A stretch of DNA of 64,000 bases, from assembly GCA_038087875.1 (NCBI GenBank), contig CM075991.1:2790001-2854000 (forward strand). The letters run 5' to 3'. The position numbers and the translations under genes are program-made. Each line of letters starts with the position of its first letter. Positions within the stretch are counted from its first letter, which is position 1. The stretch is from Malacoraja senta (Eukaryota). The notes beneath the pieces were generated by a model. That model searched no databases. It was not told where the DNA came from and saw nothing but the letters and a program-made list of their open reading frames with translations. This document shows positions 37,226 through 51,099 of this stretch, piece by piece.

Positions 37226-39024
37226 TATCACCTTGTACCAGGGCATCCTCACTGGAGAGAAGGAATGGGTGACGTTTCGGGTTGAGGCCCTTAATTCGCA
37301 ACACAAAATGTCACCCATTCCTTCTCTCCAGTTGCTGCCTACCCGCTGAGTTACTCCAGCTTTTTTTGTCTATCTTCGGTTTAAACCAGCATCTGCAGTT
37401 CCTTCCTGCACAAGGGCTTCCTCATTCTCTGAGCACTAACACATTTTCATCTCTCATCATTTAAAAGATACTTTACCCCTTTCTTTTTTTTCTATCAAAG
37501 TGTAAATATAAAAGATAAAAGTTAACAGATCATCTAGGATAGCGATGGAGGGGAGAGTGGAGAAGGAGTTGCATTTTTGATTCAGGAGAATATCACAGCT
37601 GAAATTACTGAGGGATCATCTAGTGAGGTTCTTTGGGTGGAGCTGGGAAATAAGGAGACAATCACCGTTGTGATTGCACTATAGGCTCCCAAATAGTCGT
37701 ACAGCACAGAAACAGTCCCTTCGGCCCAACGTGTCCGTGTCAACCACGATGCCCTACCCAAGCAAGTCCCATTTATCCAGGCTTGGCCGATATCTCTACA
37801 TTTTTTATCCATGTACTTCTCCAAATGTCATCCAAATGTTATTAATGTTTCTGCTTCAGCTACTTCATCTGGCAACTTGTTCCATACACCCACCACCCTC
37901 TTCCTGAAAATGCTGCCCCTCAGGTTCCTATTTAATGTCATACGGAATAGGAGTAGAATTAGGCCATTCGGCCCATCAAGTATACGCCATTCAATCATGG
38001 TTGGTCTATCTCTTCCTCCTAACCCCATTCTCCGGCCCTCTCCCAGTAACCTCTGACACCCGTACTAATCAAGAATCTATCTAACTCTGCCTTAAAAATA
38101 TCCACTGATTTGGCCTCTACAGCCTTCTGTGGCGAAGAATTCCACAGATTCACCACCCTCTGTCTAAAGCAATGGCCCCTCATCTCCTTCCTAAAAGAAC
38201 GTCCTTTAATTCTGAGGCTATGACCTCTAGTCCTAGACTCTCCCACTGGTGGAAACATCCTCTCCACATCCACTCTATCCAAGCCTTTCACTATCTACAT
38301 TAACTTTTCTGATTTTCTCCAAGATATTTATTCATGTATCTGTAGCACTGAGACTTCAAATCCTTTAATGTAAAAAAAAGATAATAAACAGTAATCAAAT
38401 ATATTAATCATCCATATCCTGTGAATGAATGAAATAATTGGGTGAAGAGATCAAACTCATCACGCCAGCTCAGTGCTTCCAGGCTACCTCCTCACCACCA
38501 CTCCCTTCCCACAGAGGTAGGTAGACCAGAGGGGCAAAATAGACCAGATACAGGCAAGGTAGTACAAAAGAAAATTACTTATGTTCTAAATAATTATGTT
38601 TATTATTTTAAAAAGATCTTGTATAATTCGATACTATTGTTACAATCAAATGTGAAAATTGCCCGTGCAATTTTTCACATCACCTCGACTAGTAAATCGC
38701 TATCTTATAACCAGTCCTTCATTCCTTGGATATTCTTTATACAAGTGCCACACAATCCAATATTTCAGCATGAAAATACAAATCGAATTCAAGGCTTCTA
38801 AATTTTGATCAATATTTTACGTTGCTTCAGTTAAAGTGTGAGAGTTGCCAATTGTCTAAGAATTTAATACAAAAAAAATGGAAGAGAAATTGTCAAGGGA
38901 AGCCCAAACACTTGTTTTTAAGGCGTCTCCTGCCAAAGTTTGAACCATATTTGATCTTGACTTTTTTTGCAATGAGGGAAAGCTCAAAAGTGCTTCAGAG
39001 CAAAGAAAACATTTTATGACTTAC

Positions 39025-39027
39025 CAT
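39025..39027 (-). CDS. MYL7: MYL7-like exon 1 coding part (start ATG only)
   Basis: Minus strand reads CACACAAA-ATG|GTAAGT, a consensus donor directly after the ATG. It lies about 55 bp downstream of a TATATA box. An ATG-only first coding exon is typical of this gene family and fits the phase-0 exon 2. Confidence 0.85.
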
Positions 39028-39079
39028 TTTGTGTGGCTGGTGTTGAATACAAATGGTGGTGCCCGTCAGGTCATGTTTG

Positions 39080-39220
39080 TCTATATAGTCCTCTTTATCT
39101 TTGTTCCTAAAAATGGACACACAGCGATGGACAGACCTTACATGGAAATATGCAACCCAGTATCTGACTGTCACAGGACTTTGATAAAACAGATTCCTTC
39201 TCTCCAGTCCAGATAGTGGT
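39080..39220 (-). promoter_or_regulatory. MYL7 proximal cardiac-type promoter
   Basis: TATATA at 39082-39087. WGATAR sites at about 39095-39100, 39182-39187 and 39211-39216. MEF2/CArG-like CTAAAAATGG at 39107-39116 and CArG-like CCTTACATGG at 39136-39145. Confidence 0.65.
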
Positions 39221-42200
39221 AAGAGGGCTGAACATTCCAGAGTCATGTTAAACCTTTGAATCAACATCATCAGTTTAGTGCACTATTTACATGGATGACT
39301 TGATTTACTGGGATCCCATTAAACTGTTAAACTGTTGTCAAACAGTTGTCTGTACCATTGATGTATCTGATCTGTATTCGTCATCTTTCATGTTGAGTAC
39401 AATCTTCTTCAGATGGCCTCCAATATTGATTCAGCTTCAACTGATTCTTAGGTTTTGTAGGTTCAAGCTCTGCTTCAGAACATTATTTAGACTGAAACAA
39501 ATATGTTCCTCTTCAGATGAAATGCTAAATTAAAACCCTGTCGTTTCCAACAACAGTTTCTTCAATCTAATTTTTCTTTCCCAAATCCTTAAACAAATAT
39601 TGCATCTCATTATCCTTAATTCTTCTAATCTGGATTCCAGGCCTGCCACGGACCAAAATAATCCATATCAAAATCACAAATGCCATTCTTCCCAGACGAA
39701 TGTGACAAAAATACTCCATTTGATTGCAGCATTTGACTGAACTATCTTTCTACCACATACTTTATTGTCGTCCAGCTGAGTGGGAACTCTCACAAGATTA
39801 CATTCATAAGTCATAAGGTCACAAGGAATAGGAGCAGAATTAGGCCACTCGGCCCATCAAGCCCATTCACTACTAGTTTGGTAGTATTTACTCAAATATA
39901 AGGAAGACGGAAGCCACTGCAAAGTCCTTAAAACAAACTTCTTTCTCTAACTTCCAGGAAGCTGTGGAGAGAGAAAAAACTGCTGAACCCTGGCTGAGAA
40001 GATTTTCGGACCATGTTTTTTGCAGAATTACCATGATTACCTATTCCAACATACGTAAACATGTCATGTCCTTGTCGTAAGGTCATGTCATAAGTTCATA
40101 AGTGATAGGAGTAGAATTAGGCCATTTGGCCAATCAAGTCTACTCTGCCATTCAATCATGACTGATCTATCTCTCCCTCCTAACCAGATTTTCCTGCCTT
40201 CTCCCCATAACCTCTGACATCTGTACTAATCAAAAATCTATCCATCTCTGCCTTAAAAATATCTACTGACTTGCCCTCTACAGCCTTCTGTGGCAAAGAA
40301 TTCCACAGATTCACCACCCTCTGACTAAAGAAATTTCTCCTCATCGCCTTCCTAAAGGAAAGTCCTTTAATTCTGAGGCTGTGACCACTAGTTCTAGACT
40401 CTAGGAAACATCCTCTCCACATCCACTCTATCCAAGCCTTTCACTATTCTATTCACTATGTTTCAATGAGGTCTCCCCTCATTCTTCTAAACTTCAGCGA
40501 GGTCCAGTGCTGACAAACACTCATCATAGGTTAATCTACTCATTCCTTGGATCATTCTTGTCGTTTTTGGACTTGGTTTTTATCCATATTTTTGAAGACA
40601 CACAAAGCTCTGCCCCCTTGCACCAAGCCCATTTCCACATTCCCCTTTTGGCTTGCTGACCACGCTGGCTCCCTATTAAGTAACATCTAGATTTTAAAAT
40701 CTCTCCATAACCTTCAGCCCTCCAACCCTTGAGATACACAGGGTAGTACAGCACATGACCAGGCCTTTTGGCCCACAAATTCTATGCCAGGTATGAAGCC
40801 AAGTTAAACCACTGTTTTGCCTACACGTGATCCAGATCCCTCCATTCTCTGCATATTCATGTGCCTATCGAAAAGCTTCTGTAAACACCGTTATCATTTC
40901 TGCCTCCTCCACTGCACTTGGCAGCGCATTCCAGGCACACATCAGTCTCTGTGTAAAAAAAAACTGTCCCCCACACCCCCCCCTCTGACCTTAAAGCTAT
41001 GCTCTTGCTGGGAATTTTCACCCTGGAAAACACGTTCTGACCATCTACCCCTCTCATAAATCTATATACTTATCTTGGGTCTCCCCTCAGCCTCTGACAC
41101 TTCAGAGAATAACAGTTCAAGTTTGTCCAAGCGAATACCCTCTAATCCCGGCGGCATTCTGGTAAACCTCTTCAGCCCCCTTTCCAAAGCCTCCACATCC
41201 TTCCTGTAATGGGCCGACCAGAACTGCACGCAATACTCCGAACCAAGTCTTCGAGCAGCAACATGTCTCTTACACTCAGTGCCCCGAGAGGTACAAGTGT
41301 ACTCAGTTATTTCTGCTCATGAGGATTTCTGAACTTAATTGCCCCAGCACTACCTTTTGCTGCCAAGACTAAGCATTGCAAATCTTTGCCAGATATGATG
41401 CTTATATCCACCCTTGGAACTGTGATCAAGTCTTTGTTCATTGCTGTCAACTCTATTTACATGGCTCAGTATCAAATCATACCAATAGTGCTCTGATGGA
41501 GCCATTGGGTCATTTTGCTACAATAAAACCACAAGACCAAGGTGTTGTCATTTGGTTAAGGTTTATACTATGTATTGTTTTGTAAGCCTGTATTTCTACC
41601 CTCTCATTGTCTATTTAAATAAAAAGTCAAATTAACAATAGCAGATTGTGGTCCAGGTCTAAACTTAAAAACAGATAATATGGACACATGGAGCTTCAGA
41701 GCAAGAAAACAGTTCATTCAGCCCATCATGTCCATGCTAACCAAGTTGGGATTGTGGACGAGTCCCATTTGGCCCATATCTATCTAAACCCTCCTATCCA
41801 TATTTCCGTGATCCCTCTGAAATCTCTCCACTCATCACAAAGCCTGCCCCCTCTAATTTTATAATTCTCTGCCCTGGGAAAAAAAACGGTGAGCGTTCAA
41901 TTTACCAAAGCCTCACATGTTCCTTTACAGCTCAATAAGGTCACCCCTCAGCATCCTAGACTACGAAGAAAAAAAAGTTTCAACCTATACGGGTTGACGG
42001 AATTAGCTTTACGGGTTCTTGTCTGTACGGAGTTTGTATGTTCACCCCGTGACCGCGTGGGTTTTCTCCAAGATCTTCGGTTTCCTCCCACATTCCAAAG
42101 ACATACAGGTTTGTAGGTTAATTGGCTTGGTATAAGTGTAAATTGTCCCTAGTGTGTGTAAGGTAGTCTTAATGTGCGGGGATCGCTGGTTGGTACGGAC

Positions 42201-44682
42201 TTGGTGGGCCGAAGGGCCTGTTTCCGCGCTGTATCTCTAAACTAAAACTAAACTACCCAACTTCACCCCATAACTCAAGCTGTGGGCTCAGGAAACATCC
42301 TGGTGAATCCCTCTTTCCAACTTAATGACATCCTTCCTATGCCTGGGCAACCACAACTCCACACTGTACTCCAAGTGTGGTCTCACCATTATAAATTGTT
42401 TTATTTCTATACTTTTAAATCCATGTAGCCACTGGTATAGGAGTTTGCAGCTTGACAATGTCCTGGTATGTGGCAACTGGGTGTCATGGTACACCAGTCA
42501 TTGAAAGTAGGCATGCAGGTGCAGCAGGCAGTGAAGAAAGCAAATGGTATGTTAGCATTCATAGCAAAAGGATTTGAGTATAAGAGCAGGGAGGTTCTAC
42601 TGCAGTTGTACAGGGTCTTGGTGAGACCACACCTGGAGTATTGCGTACAGTTTTGGTCTCCTAATCTGAGGAAAGACATTCTTGCCATAGAGGGCGTACA
42701 GAGAAGGTTCACCAGACTGATACCTGGGATGGCAGGACTTTCATATGAAGAAAGACTGGATAGACTCGGCTTGTACTCGCTAGAATTTAGAAGATTGAGG
42801 GGGGATCTTATAGAAACTTACAAAATTCTTAAGGGGTTGGACAGGCTAGATGCAGGAAGATTATTCCCGATGTTGGGGAAGTCCAGAACTTGGGGTCACA
42901 GTTTAAGGATAAGGGGGAAGTCTTTTAGGACCGAGATGAGAAAATCATTTTTTACACAGAGAGTGGTGAATCTGTGGAACTCTCTGCCACAGAAGGTAGT
43001 TGAGGCCAGTTCATTGGCTATATTTAAGAGGGAGTTAGATGTGGCCCTTGTGGCTAAAGGGATCAGGAGGTATGGAGAGAGGGCAGGGATGGGATACTGA
43101 GTTGGATGATCAGCCATGATCATATCGAATGGCGGTGCAGGCTCGAAGGGCCGAACGCACCTATTTTCTATGTTTCTATGTCTATGTTTCTAACTCCAGG
43201 ATTGAAGTAGTAGTTACAGTGGTTACTTCTCACTGTCACGAGTGCCGAGTTACAGCAAAATCCTTTGTTTTGCATGCAATCCAGTCAAATCATACTAGAA
43301 AATGCACATCCAAACTTCTACCGAGTCATTACTATAATCATCATCGAACTCCAGCTTATTGCTTTAAATGTTTTTTTTTAATTTATTTTTTATTTTAATT
43401 TTTTTAATTTTTTATTTATTAGAAGTACATTACATTACAACCACATACATTAGTACTCGTCACTTATGTCTTCTTACAATTAATGTACTCCATTTGCTTT
43501 TTACACTAGAAAAGGAAAAGATTGAAAGAAAGAAGAAAGTGAAGGAAAAAGTGAGAGTGTAGAAAATGTGACAACAAAAAAGGATGAAGACCCTATAAGA
43601 ACAAAATTAAAAACAAAAGAAAAAGAGTTAAGAAATAGACCCTAGAAAAGAAAGAGAAAGAGAAAGAGGAAAAAGAGAGAAACAAATATTTTTATGAGCA
43701 TTACGCAAATGGGACATACCAACTCTTCAACTATCATCCCCCCTTACCTGACCTCAATTTATTGTTAAAGGTACCTTTGCACCCTATATTTGTAATAATT
43801 CTATAAATGCAGACCACGTCAGGTGGAAGTGATCTGGTTTACCTGCTAGGAGGAGTCTTATCTCTTCTAGGTGTAATGTTTCGAACATATTTGAAATCCA
43901 CATGTTTATAGTTGGTATTGGAGCCTTCTTCCAAAATTTTAGAATTAGCTTTTTTCCAGTTATTAACCCATAGTCTATTAGTTTCTTTTGAAACACATTT
44001 AGTTCTGGACCATCTTCCGTTATTCCGAAGATAATCCATTCTGCTTTGGGTATCAGTCTTGTTTTAAATAACTTTGTAAAGATTTCAAAAACTTCATTCC
44101 AAAATTTTTGAATTTTTGTACAGAAAACGAATGAGTGTGCTATAGTAGCTTCTTGGGATTGACATTTATCACAAATAGCTGATACATTTGGGAAAATTTT
44201 ATGAATTTTAGTTTTCGAATAATATAATCTATGTAAAATTTTAAATTGTATTAAAGTGTGTCTTACATTAATCGAACATTTATGCACGTTTAATAAGTGT
44301 TCATTCCAACTTTCCTTTGAAATTTTAATAGCTAACTCTTGTTCCCAGTCTCTTCTGATACCCTCCGTAGATGGTATTTGTACATTTAAGATAATATTAT
44401 ACAAATATGATATTAAGTTTGCTGATTCAGCTTTTATCTGCATTGCCTCATCCAATACATCTACTGGGTTATTATGATGATCTTTTGTATATTTTTTCAA
44501 ATAGTCGCATATTTGAAAATATTTAAAATATTAATAATTTCCGAGTTTATATTTTATTTGTAATTGTTGAAATAAAAGTAATTTTCCAGTTTCATACAAG
44601 TCACCGAGCGTTTTAATTCCTAGTCTATCCCAATGTGTAAAAGCTTTATTTATAATAGAGGGATTAAATGAAGGGTTATTAA

Positions 44683-44841
<159 letters not shown>

Positions 44842-44845
<4 letters not shown>

Positions 44846-46288
44846 TATTATATAAAACTCTCTGGCTGTCGTCCGTCTGTACGTCCGACGTTCTGCTTGA
44901 CTTGTGCCGCGCGGCCTTTGATACCGCCCCGCGCCCACGCGGCGCGAGGAAACGCCAAAGTTTTTTACTGTTTCTAAAGAGGTTACGTTTATCTTTACGA
45001 ATAGACAATCCTGATTAAATTTGGTCGTGTTTATGTATGCTTTTTTAAATAAAATACCTCTCCCCCCCACAAACCAAACATTTCAAAATGTTTAAAAAAA
45101 CAGCTCAGCCATAGAATGTTAGTAAAGATTCCGTTGTGTGATGTCACAATGCACAATGCTCACAGATGTCCAATCGGAATGGATCCATTTACATATGCCT
45201 TTGTGGCAGCCCCAGCCCCGGCCCCTCCCCCCAAACCCCTGCAGCATTGGGCATTGTGACATCACAAAACTTCATTTACATTCTATTGCTGAGAGCTGTT
45301 TGTTTAACATTTTGAAATTTCCCCATTCCCTATCGCCCCCACACATATGGCGACGCCCTGCGACACGTGTGACAAATCGAAATGAATCCGTTCACATATG
45401 GCTTTGCAGCAGCCACAGCCCCAGCCCCTCCCCCCCACCCCCGCAGCCTGTGTCGAAGGGCGTCGCCACGTGTGTGGGGGTGATAGGGAATGGGGAAATT
45501 TCAAAATGTTTAAATAAACAGCTCTCAGCAATAGAATGTTAACGAATGTTCCGTTTTGTGATGTCACAATGCCCAATGCTCAAAGATGTCCAATCGGAAT
45601 GGATTCATTCACATATGCCTTTGCACCAGCCCCAGCCCCAGCCCCAGCCCCAGCCCCTCCCCCCCACCCCCGCAGCCTGTGTCGAAGGGCGTCGTCACGT
45701 GTGTGGCAATAGAGAAAGAGGATTGGGGGTGATAGGGAATGGGGAACAGATGGACTGTCCCTACCCCTCCTACTTCAACTCTCCCTCCCCACTCTTCCCC
45801 CTCTCTCCTCTCCCCCTCTCTCCCCTCCCACACCCTCTCTTCCCCCTCCACCACCACTCCCCGCTACCCCTCTGCCCCCCACTCCCCACTCTTCTCCTCT
45901 CTTTCCCCACCTCTCTCCCTCCACCCTCCCTCTCTCCCACTCTTCCCCCTACTCCTCTCCCCTTCCCCTCATCCCCTCCCCCCCTCTCCCCCCTTCCTGC
46001 CCTCCCCGCTCTCCTCCCACTCCCCACTCTCCTCCCCCTCCCTCTCACCCACCCTGATCTCCTCTCCCTCCCCAATCTCTCCCGTTTCCTCTTCCCCCTC
46101 CCTCCCCCTCTCCTCTTCTCTCCCCACCCCGTCTCCCTCCCCTCTCCCCTCTTCTCTCCCCACCCCGTCTTCCTCTCCCCCTTCCCCCCCTCCCCCGAGT
46201 GTGTTTGGGGGTGGTTAGTGTGAGTTTGGGGGGTGGTTAGTGTGAGTGTGATGCCGCAGCCCCCCCCCCGCTCCCGCAAACGCGCGTT
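44842..46288 (+). mobile_element. Non-autonomous Helitron, 3' end lost in the gap
   Basis: Starts TCTATATTATATAAAACTC. Body is homologous to the 16944-19373 copy and stops at CCGCAAACGCGCGTT, about 35 bp short of the expected hairpin-CTAG end. Confidence 0.72.
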
Positions 46289-46488
46289 NNNNNNNNNNNN
46301 NNNNNNNNNNNNNNNNNNNNNNNNNNNNNNNNNNNNNNNNNNNNNNNNNNNNNNNNNNNNNNNNNNNNNNNNNNNNNNNNNNNNNNNNNNNNNNNNNNNN
46401 NNNNNNNNNNNNNNNNNNNNNNNNNNNNNNNNNNNNNNNNNNNNNNNNNNNNNNNNNNNNNNNNNNNNNNNNNNNNNNNNNNNNNNNN
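46289..46488. other. Assembly gap (200 N)
   Basis: Run of N. Confidence 1.
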
Positions 46489-48845
46489 AATGTCGGAGTT
46501 GTACAGTTTCAGCTGAGCTAGTATCTTACCCCTTTTAATAGGTTCGTTAATACCTCTTATATTCCAACTACAAAATGAGATTCCTCCTAGGTTCTTTTGT
46601 TTGGTGTCATGCATTTTGAATAATTATAGTACCTTTAAATCTTGTGGTGCATCCATATCCCAGGTCTTTGGGTATTGGGGGAACTTTTGAGTTTTTAAGT
46701 TTTGTTGGTATATCCATTTTACGCTTATCACTAAACACAAAACACAAACATGTGAGTTTATGTGATAATAAAAAAAACTAAAAAAGTGAAAATACAGTGT
46801 CTGATATAGTCGGCACTGTAGCGAGTGTCCCACCTGTAGGTGGGAAAAAACCTTGTTTTGACTTCCATTGTGTTGTTAAACAAATAGCTCCGCTCTCTTG
46901 GTTAATCATAACATATTAAAATATTAAAACGGGGCCTCACATTCAGATATATAATACAATTTTACCCTATATATTTCATTATAACATATCATATATATAT
47001 CGCAATTTTAGCTACTAATTATTAAACCGATACTTTTGACTTCAATAAGAATCAACTGTTGGTTGAAGGGGTTAACGAGACGTGCCCCTGGGCCTAAGCC
47101 AGGTGCTCGTTTCTCATCCCCTCCTCCCACTTATAGATAAGGTTTCAATTTATTAAAAATTCATATTAGTATGTTAGTTCGTTATTTTTTATTTTTGTTT
47201 TTGTTAGTATTCTAATCTAACATGCATAACTTATTAAGTTGTTAATAGGATAAGTTCTTACAATTGGTTTTAATATTATAATCTAATAAACAAGTAAATG
47301 CTTCTGGTATATACCATTCCCGTCTGTTCAGCTGTTTACTCGTTTTGAACAGAAAGTGTCCTTGATTCAACATTCCAAAGATAACAGTCTAGCTATCCCC
47401 AGACAAAGCATTGCTTAGAATGGTTCAGGTCTGCCAAACCCCCCTTTGATTTCTATTTTTCAACGATAGTTTGGGCATATTTAAACGCGTCTTCAGGCTT
47501 AACAAATGACTTTTCAGAACCCTTGAAGGAAATACGCATTTTCGCAGGATAAAAAATCCCATATCTGATCCCTTCTCTCCCTCTTAAAAGATCCTTAACC
47601 TTCTCGAATTTGTTTCTTTTTTGCACAATTTCATACGGGTAGTCCCTGAATATCTTAATAGTGTCATTGTCCAGCCGCAGTTGCACACCGTATTTGATTT
47701 TGCTCATAACATCTTCCAGTTCTAAAATATCCCGAAATTTCACAATAATATGTCGTGGATAAGTTTTTCCCGCACCAGATCTTTGTTTAAATCTTGGGAC
47801 ACGGTGAGCCACTTCGATTTTCGGTTCTTTGGAAAGATTCAGCAGTTGTTTAAGCTAGCCCATGGCAAACTCACGCACATCCTCCCCCTCGGCTCCCTCT
47901 GATACTCCAAGAATTCTCAAATTCTGTCGTCTAGAGCGAGCTTCCAGGTCCAGGCATTTTCTGAAACTTTACTAAGTTGAGTCACCATCTGTAGTGAAGT
48001 TTGTTCATTTCTCGCCTCATTTGCTCATGTTCTTGCCTCATTTTCGCCATGTCTTCAACCACTTCGAGCCGTGTTTTTCTCCAATTCCGTAATTGTGCGC
48101 ATACTTGCAGCTACTGTTTCAAGCACAGCCGTGAACTTGTCCGTAGTAGTTACATCCATCTTGTCCATTCTCCCCGATAGTCCATCTTTCACATCCTCAA
48201 TTCGTTTATTTATAGTGTCCAGTGAATCAATCATATTCTGATTGCTAGCATCCATAGCCTTCTGATTACCAGCATTTAAATCCCTCATCATCTTCTCCAT
48301 TCCTTCCATCATATTTCCCATATTTTCCTTCATATTTTCCTTCATATTTTCCTTCATATTTTCCATCATAATTTTATTTTCATCCAAAATCTCATCTTTC
48401 ATATTTTTCACTGATTTCTTCAAGTCATCAAACTCTTTCTTAGATCTTGTATCCATTTCTGCAGCCACTTCAGAGACTTCAGAGACTTCAGAGGTAACTT
48501 CTGCTTCAGACTTCTTCTGGTCTCTCAGCAGCTTTTTCACTGATCTCTGAGGGCTCACAGATGGAGACAGTTTACTCATTTAAAGGGCTTTTAACCACCG
48601 TTTAAAACATCGCGCTTAATGATGACGTCATCAGCGCGACGACCAGAAGCTCCGGTAAGGTTTTTAAAAACAATCCTGATTTCTGGACCCGTTTTACACG
48701 ATAAATCGTGAAATGTTTCGGGAGAGGAGCTAGGTGAACGTCTGTTAATCCAACATGGCGCCACCGGAAGCTTTAAATGTTAAAAACTCCTCGTGTCTCA
48801 GTTACACTTCGCATGGTCGAAGGGTAAACCTTCTCCATGCTGGCT

Positions 48846-49585
48846 AGATAGATTAGATAAGACTTTATTAATCCCCTTATTCAGGGGAAATTCAGCTGTC
48901 CTTGCAGCACACTAATAAAAATACAACATAGTGTTCAAAAAGAAGTTCAACACAAAAACATCCCCCCACAATGGTTCCCACTGTGGGGGAAGGCACAAAG
49001 TCCAGTCCCCATCCTCTTGTCCACCCAGAGTCAGGCCCACTGAGGCCTCCACAGTCCCGCCACGGCGCCCGATATTCTCGCCCAGGCTCCGGGATGTAAC
49101 GTTCAACGTCGCAGCTGGCCGCTCCACAGAACCGCGGCTCCACGATGTTCCCATCGGCGGTCCCAGCATACTGGAGTCCCAGCGCGGCGACCCAGGAAAG
49201 GCATCGCCCGCTCCACGACAGCGCTCCAGCGCTGCACCGCCGCCAAAGCCGATGTTCTGCGCCGCCGCCAAAGCCGGTGTTCTGGCCAGGTCCCCTCAGG
49301 GAAACGTCGGCGCCGCCGCCAAAGCCGGTGTTCTGGCCAGGTCCCCCAGGGAAACGCTGCTCCAGGACCCGCTGGTAGGCCGCAAGGACAGGTCGAAGGC
49401 GCTGCTCGGAGGAAGGCAACCCCTCCGACCAGGTAGGGACTCGAAAAGCAGTTTCCCCCTTCCTCCCCACCACCCCACACACATAAAAAGATTAGGCCCC
49501 CTGACTACACACTCAACGTACTAAAAATAATAAAAAAGAAGGGAAAAAGACGGACAGCTGCAGGACAGGCAGCCGTTCAGGACTA
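48846..49585 (-). mobile_element. GC-rich non-autonomous retroelement copy
   Basis: Tail GAATTTCCCCTGAATAAGGGGATTAATAAAGT(ATCT)n like the 2671-3580 copy; shared head and stem-loop. Confidence 0.72.
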
Positions 49586-50913
49586 AACCAACAACTAAGC
49601 TTCTGAGTAAGATACATAGCCGCAAACACGCCCTAAAATACGTCCTAAATCCCACCCACAATATAACGGGCAGTCTAAAATTTAAAGACACATGACATCA
49701 TTAATGACATGCAAAACAAGCCAAATGGCCACTACATAGAGTACTATATTTACATATTCTGTTGTGCTGCTGCAAGTAAGAATTTCATTGTTCTGTCCGG
49801 GACATATGACAATAAAACATTCTCAACTACAGCACCATCTTGTTGCTTTCAAGTATCAAGTTCTTAAAAATATCGCGTCTTATATTGGCCATAAAGGCCT
49901 GTTACCCTGGTGGCGGCACCAATATCCCTCCTTTTCCTGCGCATCCACATGCCCACCTGAAAGCCTCCCGAATGCCACCACCCTGCAGCGCACCCTGGGC
50001 ACCCAGCACCCCTGTGTTCAGCTTCATGTTTTCATAGGTATGTGAAGGGAAAGGTAAAATGAATAATGAGGTAAACCCAGTTGAATCCTGTAGGATGTGA
50101 CCTTTTTTTTATTGCTACTACTATACGTGGAGCACTGTTTGGAACTGATGACATCAAAAGACCAAGTAATATCTATCCAGTTGGTTTTTACAGTTTTCAC
50201 GATAAAATGATAATGGAGCTGCTGATAGATAATGAGACTTTTTCACTGTCAGTTGGTGTAACCCTGACCAAGACATGAGACAAGGACAAGAATCACTTCC
50301 TGATTCATCATATTTATTTGTTGAAAACGTTAGAAATTTTCCTTTCAACACTAATAGACATTAGCGTTTAGAGATACAGCGTGGAACAGGCCCTTTGGCC
50401 CACCGAGTCCGCGCCAACCAGTACACTAGCACTATCCTATACACTGGGGATAATTCACAATTTTACTGAAGCCAAGTAACCTACAAACCTGTACGTCTTT
50501 GTAGTGTGGGTGGAAACCGGTGCACCTGGAGAAAACGCACGTGGTGTCAGGGAGAATGTACAAACCCTGTACAGACAGCACCCATGGTCAGGATCGAACC
50601 CGGGTGCCTGGCGCTGTGAGGCAGCAGCTCTACTGCTGCGTCATGGTGTGTCACTGTGCACCCCAGTGCTTCTGGCTTCAATCTAACCTGAGGTTTCAAA
50701 ACCTGAAACGAATCACATTAGCGACATAATGCCACGACAGAAATTGATTCAGACGCAACACATTTTATTCCTATATTCCTTCATTTGGCCACAAGGTAAC
50801 ATTTATATTCATTAATTTGCTCACGATCCAGCTACAGTTAATGCATGCAGTGCTCCTAGAAATCAGACACAGGATATCCAAAGGCTTTTATGAATAGCAC
50901 AATATTTACAATA

Positions 50914-51099
50914 GACACAAACTGCTGGAGTAACTCAGCGGGACAGGCAGCATCTCTGGATAGAAGGAATGGGTGACGTTTCGGGTCGACCCGAAACGTC
51001 ACCCATTCCTTCTCTCCAGAGAAGCTGCCTGTCCTGCTGAGTTACTCCAGCATTTTGTGTCTATCTTCGATTTAAACCAGCATCTGCAGTTCCTTCCTA
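50914..51099. mobile_element. Penelope-derived fold-back (palindromic) element with TSD
   Basis: Near-perfect ~154-bp palindrome (50911-51064) centred on GGGTCGACCC; direct repeat CACAATATTTACAATA at 50898-50913 and 51100-51115. Confidence 0.85.
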
